A stretch of 64,000 nt of DNA from an uncultured Actinomycetes bacterium (GCA_963713435.1 CAVQLU010000007.1:80582-144581); one strand, 5' to 3'; positions 1-9,703 are shown, counted from the stretch's first letter. Notes: generated by a model not told the origin, from the sequence alone. Numbers and translations are program-made.

Positions 1-733
1 ACCGATGGCCGCCAGGTGGACGCGGATCTGGTGGGTTCGCCCGTCTCCAGCTTGAGGCGCAGCAGGCTCATGCCGGCCAGCGGCTCGGCCAGCTCGAAAT
101 GGGTCACGGCCGGCCGCTCGGCGCGGCCGCCCACGGCCATCCGCCCCACGTCGTTGCGGTCGCGGCCGATGGGCGCGTCGATCGTGCCGCGGCGCGAGGG
201 CGGGCGGCCGCGCACGAGCGCGACGTACTCGCGCTCGATGCGGCGCGCGCGCATCTGCTCGCCCAGCGACGCATAGGCCGCGGTCGCTGCGGGACAGCAC
301 GAGCAGGCCGGAGGTGTCGCGGTCGAGCCGGTGGATCACTCCCGGGCGCTGCTCGTCGTCGCCGCCGCGCAGGCCGAGGTCGCGCAGCGCGGCCACGAGC
401 GTCGGCCCGACGACGCCCGGCGCCGGGATGCGTGACGACCCCCGCGGGCTTGTCGGCCACGATCACGTCGTCGTCGATCAGCGCGAGCGGGATCTCGAGC
501 TCCGAGCCCGGCTCGGGGCCGGCCGGGGCCGCGGCGGCCTCCTCCTCGAACTCGATCAGCTCGCCGCCGGCCAACCGCAGGGCCTTGTGCGCCCGTTCGC
601 CGTCGACGCGCACGCCGCCCCGCTCGATCAGGCGCTCGGCCGCCGCGCGCGAGGGCAGTCCCGCGTGATCGGCGAGGTAGCGGTCGAGGCGCTCGCCGGC
701 CGCCTCGTGGGCTGCGATCAGCTCGCGTCCCAC
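1..733 (-). pseudogene. rluD: RluD-family 23S rRNA pseudouridine synthase. The C-terminus lies beyond the window start. At least two frame breaks (near 40 and near 405-415).
   Basis: GTG start at 733. ORF 104..733 gives an S4-type N-terminus and 'DDDVIVADKPAGVVTHPGAG', then Arg/Ala junk. A 1-nt shift restores 'GPTLVAALRDLGL'. The reverse complement of 1-42 reads 'GRTHQIRVHLAAIG' (core motif), while the preceding 'RLKLET' sits in another frame. Confidence 0.8.
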
Positions 734-1272
734 GGGAAGCCCTCGCTGCGCTCGCCCGGATCGCCGCGCACGAGCGCGTAGATCAGCAGCGCGACGCCGG
801 TGACGATGAAGCTGTCGGCCAGGTTGAAGTTGGGGAGCACGCGCACGTAGATGAAATCGGTCACGAAGCCGTTGTAGGCGCGGCCCCAGAGGTTCGAGAC
901 GCTGCCGCCCAGCAGCAGCCCGATCGCGACGGGCACCAGGGGATGGCGGGCGCCCGAGCGCGCGAAGAAGACCAGCATCCAGATGACCGCGCCGATCGTC
1001 AGCAGGACGACGAACGAGAGGCGCCCGGTGAAGACGCCGAACGCGATCCCGGTGTTGCGCACGTGCCAGAAGGAGAGGCCCGGGAAGACGTCGACCGCCT
1101 CGCCCACGTTGAGCGAGTTCTGGACCGTCACCTTGGTCAGCTGGTCGGCGGCGATGGCGGCGAAGGCCAGCGCGAGCATGCCCGTCCAGCCGGCGATGCC
1201 CGGCCGTGCCTGCTCGCGCGCGTGCCGGGCCCGGCCGAGCGGGCGGGCGGCGGTCGGGGCGCGGCGCAGCAT
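718..1272 (-). CDS. lspA: lipoprotein signal peptidase II
   Basis: This is the last 184 codons of ORF 718..1536, starting from the internal ATG at 1272 (TGATG overlap with the yggT stop). It has TM helices and the motifs 'VRNTGIAFG' and 'NFNLADSFI'. The upstream part of the ORF is Arg/Pro-rich read-through. Confidence 0.85.
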   Translation of the reverse strand: MLRRAPTAARPLGRARHAREQARPGIAGWTGMLALAFAAIAADQLTKVTVQNSLNVGEAVDVFPGLSFWHVRNTGIAFGVFTGRLSFVVLLTIGAVIWMLVFFARSGARHPLVPVAIGLLLGGSVSNLWGRAYNGFVTDFIYVRVLPNFNLADSFIVTGVALLIYALVRGDPGERSEGFPWDAS

Positions 1273-1568
1273 CAGCCCCCCGGGCGGAGGCCGTCGAGCA
1301 CGCTCTGCAGGATCCGCTCGGCGATCTGCAGCGCGATGATCGCCACCATGGGCGAGAGATCGAGCGGCCCGAACCTCGGCAGGACGCGGCGGAAGAGCGC
1401 GACGAACGGGCTCACGGTGTCGTCCAGGAACGTGCGGATGCGGTTGATCCAGACGCTGTAGGGCAGGCGCACCCAGGAGGCCAGGATCCAGGCGATGATC
1501 AGCAGCGTGTAGACGTCGACGAAGGCGCGCAGCCACGTCTGGATCAGGTCGATCGTGTGGTTGCTCAT
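1272..1568 (-). CDS. yggT: YggT family membrane protein
   Basis: A 98-aa ORF with two hydrophobic segments and a typical YGGT-like sequence ('LDLSPMVAIIALQI'). It sits in the conserved cell-division neighbourhood. Confidence 0.8.
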   Translation of the reverse strand: MSNHTIDLIQTWLRAFVDVYTLLIIAWILASWVRLPYSVWINRIRTFLDDTVSPFVALFRRVLPRFGPLDLSPMVAIIALQIAERILQSVLDGLRPGG

Positions 1569-2377
1569 CAGCCCAGCTGGCCCGCGCGGGCCAGCGCGGC
1601 GAGGACGCCGTCGATGATGCCGCCCCGCACGGAGGCGCGCTCCATCTGCGCCAGCCCGGCTGCTGCCGTGCCGCCGGGTGACGTCACCATGCGCCGCAGA
1701 TCGGAGCAGCTCACGCCCGTCTGATCGAGCACGTGCGCCGTCCCCACCATGGTCGAGAGGATCAGCTCGCGCGCCGTGGCGGCCGAGAGCCCGCTCGTGA
1801 TGCCCGCGTCCTCGAAGGCCTCGATCACGAGGCCGAGGAAGGCGGGCCCGGACCCGGCCAGAGCCGTGGCGGCGTCGAACAGGCGCTCCTCGAGCGTGAC
1901 GACCGTGCCGAGCTGCCCGAGCCAGCCGAGCACCCGCGCCTCCGCGTCGGAACCCGCGAACGGGCCGTTCGCGAAACAGAGCGTGCCCGAGCCGACCTTC
2001 ACGCCCACGTTGGGCATGCAGCGGAACAGCGGGACGCCCTGCTCGAGCACGTTCTCGAGCGTGGTCGTGGCGACGCCCGCGGCGACGGAGACGACCGCCG
2101 TCTCGGCATCGATCAGCTCGGACGCCTCGCGCAGCACGCGCTCGACGTCGACCGGCTTGACGGCGATCAGCACCACGTCGGCGCGGCGCACGAGCTCGGC
2201 GTTGTCGGCCACGTGCTGGACGCCCAGCCGCTCGGCCAGGCGCGCGGCGCGGCCCGAGCCGCGGTCGGTCACGAGGATGCGCTCGCCGAGCGCCGGATCG
2301 GCGTGCAGCCAGCCCTCGATCATGGCGCCGGCCATGTTGCCGGCGCCGATCGAGCCGAGGATCGTGGTCGAGTTCAC
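1568..2377 (-). CDS. proC: pyrroline-5-carboxylate reductase
   Basis: GTG start at 2377 ('VNSTTILGSIGAGNMAGAMIEGW', a Rossmann GxGxxG motif). The C-terminus 'MVTSPGGTAAAGL' is ProC-typical. The long N-terminal extension of ORF 1568..2950 is Arg-rich junk. Confidence 0.85.
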   Translation of the reverse strand: MNSTTILGSIGAGNMAGAMIEGWLHADPALGERILVTDRGSGRAARLAERLGVQHVADNAELVRRADVVLIAVKPVDVERVLREASELIDAETAVVSVAAGVATTTLENVLEQGVPLFRCMPNVGVKVGSGTLCFANGPFAGSDAEARVLGWLGQLGTVVTLEERLFDAATALAGSGPAFLGLVIEAFEDAGITSGLSAATARELILSTMVGTAHVLDQTGVSCSDLRRMVTSPGGTAAAGLAQMERASVRGGIIDGVLAALARAGQLG

Positions 2378-2439
2378 GCGTCGGATGGTACTTGCGGGCG
2401 CCTCGCCGGAACGCAGCCCGGCCCGGTTAAGCTCCGCGC

Positions 2440-2849
2440 ATGTCCACCCCCACTGCGAGCGGGCGCTGCGTCTGCGGGGCGCTGCGCTACGAGGTGAGCG
2501 GCCCGCTGCGCGGCGTGATCGTCTGCCACTGCGTCGAATGCCGGCGCTATCACGGCACGAGCGGCGCCTACAGCGCCGCGCGAGACGAGCGACCTCGCGA
2601 TCGACGACCCCGAGGGCGTCCTGCGCTGGTTTCCCGGCCCCGCGAGCGTCACCCACGGCGAGCGCGGATTCTGCGGCCGCTGCGGCTCGAGCATGTTCTG
2701 GCGCGAGCCCGGAACGGACGACCGTCTCGATCGCCGCGGGCACGCTCGACGGGACGACCGGCCTGCGCATCATCCAGCACATCTGGGACGAGCAGCGGGC
2801 CGACTGGGAGCTCGAGGACGACCTCCCGCGCCTGCCCCGCGGAACCTGA
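2440..2849 (+). pseudogene. GFA (glutathione-dependent formaldehyde-activating / CENP-V) family protein with two frame breaks (near 2585 and 2722)
   Basis: 'GRCVCGALRYEVSGPLRGVIVCHCVECRRYHG' is in frame 1. 'DLAIDDPEGVLRWFPGPASVTHGERGFCGRCGSSMFWREPGTDD' is in frame 2. 'VSIAAGTLDGTTGLRIIQHIWDEQRADWE' is in frame 0, ending at TGA 2847-2849. Confidence 0.7.
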
Positions 2850-3603
2850 GAAGCCCTAAGACGCTGCCGTTGCGCCCCTGCGAGGCGGCGTCCACCAGAG
2901 CCTTGAAGAGCGGCGCGCCGGCACCCGCGGCCGCCTCTTCCGGATGCCACAGGACGGCCATACAGAACGGCTGCGAGGGATCCTCGATGGCCTCGATGCT
3001 GCCGTCGTGGGCGTGCCCCGAGACGATCAGGCCCTCCCCCACCTCGGCGATGCCCTGGTGATGGTGCGAGTGGATGTCGTCCACGGACTCGCCGAGCACG
3101 GCCGCCGTCACCGTGCCGCTCTCCGTCGTGACGCGATGCCTCCCGTACGTGCCGAGCTGCGGGCGGTGCGGCGCGAGGTCGAGGTCGGCACGGGTGACGT
3201 CCTGCACGAGCGTGCCGCCGCGCTCGACGTTCATGAGCTGCAGCCCGCGGCAGATGCCGAGCACCGGCATCTGCCGGCGCCTCGCCTCTCGCAGCAGCGA
3301 GAGCTCGAACGCGTCGCGGATCTGCCGCTCGGGCGTCGGCTCGTCCGTCCCCTCCTCGAGCTCGGCGCCGTAGAGCGCCGGGTTGAGATCGGGGCCGCCG
3401 CTCAGCACGAGGCCGTCGAGTCCGTCCAGCACCTCCCCCGGATCCTCGGCGCCCTCGGGCGTCGGCGGCAGGAGGATCGGGACGCCGCCCGCCAGGCGCA
3501 CGCCCTCCACGTAGCCCTGCGGGATGACGGTCGCCTCGAGATCCCAGTGCGTCCAGCGCGCATGCGTGCGATAGGCGCAGATGCCGATGCGGGGGCGGCT
3601 CAC
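2770..3603 (-). CDS. gamma-glutamyl-gamma-aminobutyrate hydrolase family protein (class I glutamine amidotransferase, peptidase C26)
   Basis: GTG start at 3603 overlaps the upstream stop (GTGA). Motifs 'GICRGLQLMNV' (nucleophile Cys) and 'HSHHHQGI' are present. The last ~25 codons overlap the convergent GFA gene and look like read-through, so the true stop may be near 2855. Confidence 0.75.
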   Translation of the reverse strand: MSRPRIGICAYRTHARWTHWDLEATVIPQGYVEGVRLAGGVPILLPPTPEGAEDPGEVLDGLDGLVLSGGPDLNPALYGAELEEGTDEPTPERQIRDAFELSLLREARRRQMPVLGICRGLQLMNVERGGTLVQDVTRADLDLAPHRPQLGTYGRHRVTTESGTVTAAVLGESVDDIHSHHHQGIAEVGEGLIVSGHAHDGSIEAIEDPSQPFCMAVLWHPEEAAAGAGAPLFKALVDAASQGRNGSVLGLLRFRGAGAGGRPRAPSRPAARPRCAG

Positions 3604-4946
3604 AGCCGCTCGAAGGAGCGCTGCAGCTCCCAGTCGGTCACGGCGGCGTCGAACGCGTCGAGCTCGACGGTCGCGGCGTTGACGTAGTGGTCGACGACCT
3701 CGTCGCCGAGCGCCTCGCGCGCCAGGGCCGAGGCGGCGAAGAGGTCGCGCGCCTCGAGCAGGGTCGAGGGCACGTGCGGCTCGTCGCGCGCCTCGTAGCC
3801 GGAGCCCTCCCAGGCGGGGCCGAGCTCGTACTCCCCGTCGATCCCGGCGAGCCCGGCGGCGAGCAGCGCCGCGAAGGCCAGGTACGGGTTGACGTCGCCG
3901 CCCGCCACGCGGCTCTCGACGCGCATGCCGGGCCCGTGGCCGACCACGCGCAACGCGCACGTGCGGTTGTCATGCCCCCAGACGAGCGCCGTCGGGGCGA
4001 ACGAGCCGCGCACGAAGCGCTTGTAGGAGTTCACGTTGGGCGCCAGCAGCAGCGTCAGCTCGCGCGTGTGCCGCTGCAGGCCGGCGATGAAGCGGCGGAA
4101 CGTCTCGCTCATGTCGTGCCCGGAGGCCGCCGGGAAGAGGCTCGTCTCGCCCTCCCAGAGACTCAGGTGGATGTGGCACGAGTTGCCCTCGCGCTCGTCG
4201 TACTTGGGCATGAACGTGAGCGCCTGCCCATGCAGGAACGCGATCTCCTTGGCGCCGTTGCGGTAGACGACATGGTCGTCGGCCATCCGCAGCGCCTCCT
4301 GGTAGCGGAAGTTGACCTCGTGCTGACCGAAGTTGCACTCGCCCTTGGAGTCCTCGACGAGCATGCCCGCGCCGGCCATGCCGAGACGGATGGCGCGCAG
4401 CACCGGCTCGACCATCGTGGTGCCGAGGATCGAGTAGTCGACGTTGTAGGCGTTGGCGGGCTGCAGCTCGCGCCAGCGCTTGGTGCGCGCCGACTCGTAG
4501 GTCTCCGCGAAGAGGATGAACTCGAGCTCGGAGCCCGCATACGCATGCCAGCCGCGCTCGGCGATGCGCTCGAGCTGGCGCCTCAGCACCTGCCGCGGCG
4601 AGGCCGCGACGGGCGAGCCGTCGTGCCAGAGCAGATCGCACTGCACCATGACGGTGCCCTCCAGCCACGGGATGCGCCGCAGCGTGGCGAGATCGGGCAT
4701 GAAGACGAAATCGCCGTAGCCGCGCTCCCACGAGGACATCGCATACCCCGCGACGGGATTCATGTCGACGTCGACCGCGAGCAGGTAGTTGCAGCCCTCC
4801 GCGCCGTGCTCGGCGATGCCCTCGGCGAACGCCCGGGCGCTCAATCGCTTGCCCTGCAGGCGGCCCTGCATGTCGGTCATCGCCAGGATGACCGTGTCGA
4901 CCGCGCCGCTCTCGACGTCCGCCCCCAGCTCTTCCAGCGTCAGCAC
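3600..4946 (-). CDS. glutamine synthetase family protein (gamma-glutamyl-amine synthetase type, GlnA3/PuuA-like)
   Basis: An intact 448-aa ORF with GS catalytic-domain-like sequence ('NSCHIHLSLW', 'APNVNSYKRF', 'NRTCALRV'). It lies directly upstream of a PuuD-like hydrolase. Confidence 0.8.
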   Translation of the reverse strand: MLTLEELGADVESGAVDTVILAMTDMQGRLQGKRLSARAFAEGIAEHGAEGCNYLLAVDVDMNPVAGYAMSSWERGYGDFVFMPDLATLRRIPWLEGTVMVQCDLLWHDGSPVAASPRQVLRRQLERIAERGWHAYAGSELEFILFAETYESARTKRWRELQPANAYNVDYSILGTTMVEPVLRAIRLGMAGAGMLVEDSKGECNFGQHEVNFRYQEALRMADDHVVYRNGAKEIAFLHGQALTFMPKYDEREGNSCHIHLSLWEGETSLFPAASGHDMSETFRRFIAGLQRHTRELTLLLAPNVNSYKRFVRGSFAPTALVWGHDNRTCALRVVGHGPGMRVESRVAGGDVNPYLAFAALLAAGLAGIDGEYELGPAWEGSGYEARDEPHVPSTLLEARDLFAASALAREALGDEVVDHYVNAATVELDAFDAAVTDWELQRSFERL

Positions 4947-4962
4947 GAGCCGTGCCCCGGCT

Positions 4963-5538
4963 TCAGGCCTGGTTGAAGAAGCCGGCGTCCAGGTAGCGCG
5001 CCTGGTCCTCGGCGGAGAGCTCGACGTTCTCGGGCGTGAGCAGGAAGACCTTGTCGGCGATGCGCTGCATGCCGCCCTCGAGGGCGTAGGTGAGTCCGGA
5101 GGCGAAATCGATCAGGCGCTTGGCGAGGCCCGGCTCGACGGTCTGCAGGTTGATGATCACCGGGATGCCGCGCTTGTAGCGGTCGCCGATCTGCTGGGCG
5201 TCGTTGAACGTGCGCGGAACGCTCAGGTAGACCTTCGGCACGTCGTCGGCGGGCGCCTCGGTGGCCCGCAGGACGGACGTCTGGGCGCCGGCATCGCGCA
5301 GGCGACGGCTGCTACCGCTGCCGCCGGTAGCGGCCGTGTCCTCCGAGAAGATGTCGTCGACCTGCACCTCGCCGCGCCCGCGGCGGGCGTCGAGCGGCCG
5401 CACGTTGGGGCGGCGCCGGTAGCGCTGCTCGAGGTCTTCCTCGGCGAGGGTGCCGTCCTCGTCGTCCTCGTAGAGGTCGTCATCCTCGGCGAGGCCGAAG
5501 TACACCTTCGTCTTGTACCACACGTCGCCAAGGCCCAT
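4963..5538 (-). CDS. sepF: cell division protein SepF
   Basis: Internal ATG at 5538: 'MGLGDVWYKTKVYFGLAEDD...'. The C-terminal domain reads 'DAQQIGDRYKRGIPVIINL...FASGLTYALEGGMQRIADKVFLLTP'. Confidence 0.85.
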   Translation of the reverse strand: MGLGDVWYKTKVYFGLAEDDDLYEDDEDGTLAEEDLEQRYRRRPNVRPLDARRGRGEVQVDDIFSEDTAATGGSGSSRRLRDAGAQTSVLRATEAPADDVPKVYLSVPRTFNDAQQIGDRYKRGIPVIINLQTVEPGLAKRLIDFASGLTYALEGGMQRIADKVFLLTPENVELSAEDQARYLDAGFFNQA

Positions 5539-5549
5539 GGATTGCGAGA

Positions 5550-6245
5550 CTATACGCTGGATCGGCGGTAGAGGGCCGAACCCAGACGCACGATGGTCGC
5601 GCCCTCCTCGACGGCCACGGCGTAGTCCTGGCTCGTTCCCATGGACAGACGGGCGAACTCGTGCCGTCCCGCCCAGCGCTCGGCGAGGCTCCCCGCCAGC
5701 TCTCGCAGCGCCGCGAAGTACGGCCTCGAGGCCTCGGCGGAGGCGGCCAGCGGCGGCATGGTCATGAGGCCCTGCACGCGGATGTTGGGCAGCTTCGCGA
5801 GCGCCTCCAGGAACTCGTCGAGGGTCTCCGGCGAGAGCCCCTCCTTGGATTCCTCGCCCGCGACGTTCACCTCGACCAGGCAGTCGATCGGCTGCTCGCA
5901 GGCGCGATCGAGACGCTCGGCGGCCGAGAGCGTCGAGAGCGAGTGCACGAGGCGCACGCGGCCCGCCAGGTCGCGCGCCTTGCGACTCTGCAGGTGGCCG
6001 ATGAAGTCCCAGGTGAAGAGCTCGCGTGCGACTGCCTGCTTGGCGATCAGCTGCTCGACGCGGTTCTCCCCGGCCAGCTGCAGCCCGGCCGCGGAGAGCA
6101 CTGCCATGTCCTCGGGCGTCACGTACTTGACCGCGGCCAGCAGCTCGACGTCGGCCGCCGAGCGACCCGAGCGCGCCGCGGCCTGCGCGACGGCTTCGCG
6201 CGCGACGGCCAGGTTCTCGCGCACGACCTCGAGCTCGACGCTCAC
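5550..6245 (-). CDS. yggS: YggS family pyridoxal-phosphate-dependent protein
   Basis: GTG start at 6245 (GTGA overlap with the pgeF stop). Motifs 'LLAAVKYV' (PLP Lys), 'WDFIGHLQSRK' and 'LSMGTSQDY' are present. Confidence 0.85.
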   Translation of the reverse strand: MSVELEVVRENLAVAREAVAQAAARSGRSAADVELLAAVKYVTPEDMAVLSAAGLQLAGENRVEQLIAKQAVARELFTWDFIGHLQSRKARDLAGRVRLVHSLSTLSAAERLDRACEQPIDCLVEVNVAGEESKEGLSPETLDEFLEALAKLPNIRVQGLMTMPPLAASAEASRPYFAALRELAGSLAERWAGRHEFARLSMGTSQDYAVAVEEGATIVRLGSALYRRSSV

Positions 6246-7015
6246 GGGCGCCCGTTCCCGAGGTAGGCGATGACGGCCTGGCGGCCGCTGCCCTCGCCGT
6301 CGCGCCGGTGCGAATGGAAGCGTCCCTCGTCGCAGATCGTGCACGACCCGGAGGTCGCGACGACCGCCGCGCCCGCTCGCTCCAGCGCGCGGCGCGCGCA
6401 GAGCGCGAGATCGGCGTGGCCGTCCACGACGACATCCTCGCCGAAACGCGCGCGGAGCGGTTCCGCGACGTCGCTCCCGACCTCGTAGCAGCAGACGCCG
6501 GCACCCGGGCCGACAGCCGCCGCGAACCCGGGCCCGACGCGCTCGGCCGCGGCCTCCAGGACGCCGGCGACCAGCCCGCGCCAGCCGGCGTGGACGACCG
6601 CCAGCCGCTCGCCGCCCGCCCCGACGAGAGCGGCCGTGAGGCAATCGGCGCCATGTGCGACGAGCGTCAGCCCGGGCTCGGAGGTGACCAGCGCGTCGCC
6701 GTCGGGCCAGGCGGTCGAGCTGTCCAGATAGGCGCCGGGCGGCGCCTCGGACACGTCGCGCACGACGTTGCCGTGCCGCTGCCACTGACTCGCGACGCGG
6801 AGGGGGTCGGAGCCCGCGGCCTGAAGCGCGCGCCGGCGGTTCTCGGCCACGCTCTGCGGGTCGTCAGGCGTCGCGAAGCCGAAGTTCAGCGACGCGAACG
6901 ATCCGCCCGAGACGCCGCCCTCGCGGCCCGTGAACGCGATCGTCGCGCCGGGCGCGCGCGCGAACAGCAGCGGCACGCCGTCCCGGGTCTCCCACTCGAG
7001 CCTCACGGGAGGCAC
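6242..7015 (-). CDS. pgeF: YfiH/PgeF family purine nucleoside phosphorylase (laccase-domain protein)
   Basis: GTG start at 7015. Motifs 'LVAHGADCLTAAL', 'VVHAGWRGL' and 'CTICDEGRFHSHRRDG' are present. Confidence 0.8.
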   Translation of the reverse strand: MPPVRLEWETRDGVPLLFARAPGATIAFTGREGGVSGGSFASLNFGFATPDDPQSVAENRRRALQAAGSDPLRVASQWQRHGNVVRDVSEAPPGAYLDSSTAWPDGDALVTSEPGLTLVAHGADCLTAALVGAGGERLAVVHAGWRGLVAGVLEAAAERVGPGFAAAVGPGAGVCCYEVGSDVAEPLRARFGEDVVVDGHADLALCARRALERAGAAVVATSGSCTICDEGRFHSHRRDGEGSGRQAVIAYLGNGRP

Positions 7016-7016
7016 G

Positions 7017-7664
7017 CTAGACCAACGGCTGGCCGCCGACGATCGCCGAGATCGCCCGCAGCACATGGTCGTAGCCGCTCGTGAGCAGCGTCGAGAAGGG
7101 GCCGCTGAAGAAGATGAAGATCGCGAACAGCGCGTACATGCCGTACTGATCGAGCGCGGCCCACTGCCGGTAGACGTCGCGCGGCATGAAGCCACCGATG
7201 ATGCGCGAGCCGTCCAGGGGCGGGATCGGGAAGAGGTTGAAGACGCCCAGGATGACGTTGATCGAGATCGCGTAGTAGCCGATGATGAACGCATCGCCCG
7301 TGAGCTCCGTGTGCGCGAAGACGGCGGCCGCGAGGATCGCCAGCAGGAAGTTGGTGATCGGCCCGGCGATGCCGACGAGCGCCATGCCGACCTGCGGCGT
7401 CGTGCGCAGGTTGCGCGGGTCGACCGGCACCGGCTTGGCCCAGCCGAACAGGAACCAGCCGCTGAAGTACGAGAGCACCAGGAACAGCGAGCCCAGCGGA
7501 TCGAGGTGCTTGAGCGGGTTGAGCGTGAGGCGGCCCATCTCGGCCGCCGTGCGATCGCCGAGCCGGTAGGCGGTGAGGGCGTGCGCCAGCTCGTGCAGCG
7601 TCAGCGAGACGATGAAGACCGGCGCCAGCAGCAGGAAGCCGTGGATGGTCTGGTTGTAGGGCAC
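7017..7664 (-). CDS. site-2 protease family (peptidase M50) membrane metalloprotease
   Basis: A 215-aa polytopic ORF with 'HELAHAL' (HExxH) and 'NLFPIPPLDG'. Confidence 0.75.
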   Translation of the reverse strand: MPYNQTIHGFLLLAPVFIVSLTLHELAHALTAYRLGDRTAAEMGRLTLNPLKHLDPLGSLFLVLSYFSGWFLFGWAKPVPVDPRNLRTTPQVGMALVGIAGPITNFLLAILAAAVFAHTELTGDAFIIGYYAISINVILGVFNLFPIPPLDGSRIIGGFMPRDVYRQWAALDQYGMYALFAIFIFFSGPFSTLLTSGYDHVLRAISAIVGGQPLV

Positions 7665-7695
7665 GCGGCTCAGGTCTAGCCGACGCGCGCGAGCG

Positions 7696-9015
7696 TCATC
7701 CGGAGACGCGCTCGATGCGAGCGCCGAGCGCGCGCAGGCGCTCGTCGATGCGCTCGTAGCCGCGATCGATCTGCTCCACGTCGCCGATCACGCTGGTGCC
7801 CTCGGCGCACAGCGAGGCGATCAGGAGCGCGATGCCGGCGCGGATGTCCGGGCTCGAGAGGCGCTGGCCGTAGAGCTTCGCCGGGCCGGTGATGACCGCC
7901 CGGTGCGGGTCGCAGAGGATGATGCGCGCGCCCATGTTGACGAGCTTGTCCGTGAACACCAGGCGGTTCTCGAACATCTTCTCGAAGATCAGCACGGTGC
8001 CGCGGGCCTGCGTCGCCACGGCCACCGCCACCGACGTCATGTCGGCCGGGAACGCGGGCCACGGGCCATCGTCGATCTTCGCGACCTGGTCGTGCGCATC
8101 GTCGACGACCGCGAGCTCCTGATCCGGCGGGACGCGCACGTCGCGCCCGTCGATCTCGACGCGGATGCCGAGGCGGGCGAAGGCCAGCAGCGTGGCGCGC
8201 AGATCGTTGGGCTCGCAGCCCGTAATCGTGACGTCGCCGCCCGTGACGGCCGCCATGCCGATGAACGAGCCGACCTCGATGTGATCGGGACAGCACACAT
8301 GCGAGGCGCCGCCGAGCGAGGCCTGGCCGTGCACGCGCAGCAGGTTGGAGCCGACGCCGTCGATCTCGGCGCCCATCGCCATCAGCAGGCGGCAGAGGTC
8401 CTGCACGTGGGGCTCGCAGGCCGCATGGTGGATCGTCGTCATGCCCTCGGCCAGCGCGGCGGCCATGAGCGCGTTCTCGGTGGCGGTGACCGAGGCCTCG
8501 TCGAGGTGGAACTCGGTGCCCTTGAGACCGCCCGGAGCCCGGAAGCGGTAGGTGCGGTCGGCCGTGACCTCGGCGCCCAGCGCCTCGAGCGCGAGCAGGT
8601 GCGAATCGACGCGCCGGCGGCCGATCACGTCACCGCCCGGGAGCGGAACATCCGCGCTGCCGAAGCGCGCGAGCAACGGCCCTGCGAGCAGGATCGACGC
8701 GCGGATGCGCTCCGAGAGCGCCTCGTCCAGCGACGTCGAGTGCACGTCCGCGGCGCAGATGCGCACCTCGTTGCGTGCCGTCCACTCGACCTCGGCGCCC
8801 AGGTCGGCGAGCAGCTCGAGCATCGTCTCGACGTCGCGGATGCGCGGCATGTTTCCGAGCACGACCGGCTCGGCCGTGAGCAGCGTCGCGGCCAGCAGGG
8901 TCAGCGCGGCGTTCTTGTTGCCCTCGGGGCGGATCGTGCCGGTGAGCGGCACGCCGCCTTCGATGACCAGGAACTCCTGGGTACGCGGACGCGTCATGAC
9001 GGTGAGGGGAGTCAT
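7696..9015 (-). CDS. murA: UDP-N-acetylglucosamine 1-carboxyvinyltransferase
   Basis: An intact 439-aa ORF with 'GNKNAALTLLAA'. The active-site loop reads 'LPGGDVIGRRRVD', with Asp in place of the usual Cys. Confidence 0.9.
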   Translation of the reverse strand: MTPLTVMTRPRTQEFLVIEGGVPLTGTIRPEGNKNAALTLLAATLLTAEPVVLGNMPRIRDVETMLELLADLGAEVEWTARNEVRICAADVHSTSLDEALSERIRASILLAGPLLARFGSADVPLPGGDVIGRRRVDSHLLALEALGAEVTADRTYRFRAPGGLKGTEFHLDEASVTATENALMAAALAEGMTTIHHAACEPHVQDLCRLLMAMGAEIDGVGSNLLRVHGQASLGGASHVCCPDHIEVGSFIGMAAVTGGDVTITGCEPNDLRATLLAFARLGIRVEIDGRDVRVPPDQELAVVDDAHDQVAKIDDGPWPAFPADMTSVAVAVATQARGTVLIFEKMFENRLVFTDKLVNMGARIILCDPHRAVITGPAKLYGQRLSSPDIRAGIALLIASLCAEGTSVIGDVEQIDRGYERIDERLRALGARIERVSG

Positions 9016-9121
9016 GCAGAGGGTGAAGGATGCGGGTCACGGTCGAGTGCGGCCCGCGCCGGAACCTAACAGACGCACGTCCGGAAGAGCCCCCGGGTGA
9101 GCCCGTATACGCTGCGGCGCC

Positions 9122-9703
9122 ATGGATGGAGAGGCACTCGCACGCGATCGACCGGCGGCCCTCGCGCTGCTCCAGAGCTGGACGGAGAGCGAGGCACTGC
9201 GCCGTCACGCCTACGCCGTCGAGGCCTCCGTGCGCGCGTACGCGCGCAAGCGGGATGCCGACGAGGACGCCTGGGGCTGCGTGGCGCTGCTGCACGACTT
9301 CGACTACGAGCGCCACCCCACGCTCGACAAGCACCCTCAGGACGGCGCGCCCCACCTGCGCGAGCTCGGGTATCCCGAGTGGTTCGTGCGCGCGGTGCTC
9401 TCGCACGCCAACCACCTGCAGGACGTCGCCCGGCGCGAGAGCGAGCTCGAGCTCGTGCTCTTCGCCTGCGACGAGCTGGCCGGCTTCGTGCACGCCTGCG
9501 GCCTCGTGCGCCCGGACGGCCTGACGACGATCGAGCCGCGCAGCGTGCGCAAGAAGCTCAAGCAGAAATCGTTCGCAGCCGGCGTCAACCGCGACGACGT
9601 GTACGAGGGAGCCGAGGGACTCGGCGTCGATCTCGACGAGCACATCCAGGTCGTCATCGACGCGCTCAAGCCCATCAGCGCGGAGCTCGGCCTGCGGGTG
9701 TGA
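9122..9703 (+). CDS. HD-domain metal-dependent phosphohydrolase
   Basis: A 193-aa ORF with 'ALLHDFDYERH' (HD motif) and GC3-consistent coding. Confidence 0.7.
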   Translation: MDGEALARDRPAALALLQSWTESEALRRHAYAVEASVRAYARKRDADEDAWGCVALLHDFDYERHPTLDKHPQDGAPHLRELGYPEWFVRAVLSHANHLQDVARRESELELVLFACDELAGFVHACGLVRPDGLTTIEPRSVRKKLKQKSFAAGVNRDDVYEGAEGLGVDLDEHIQVVIDALKPISAELGLRV

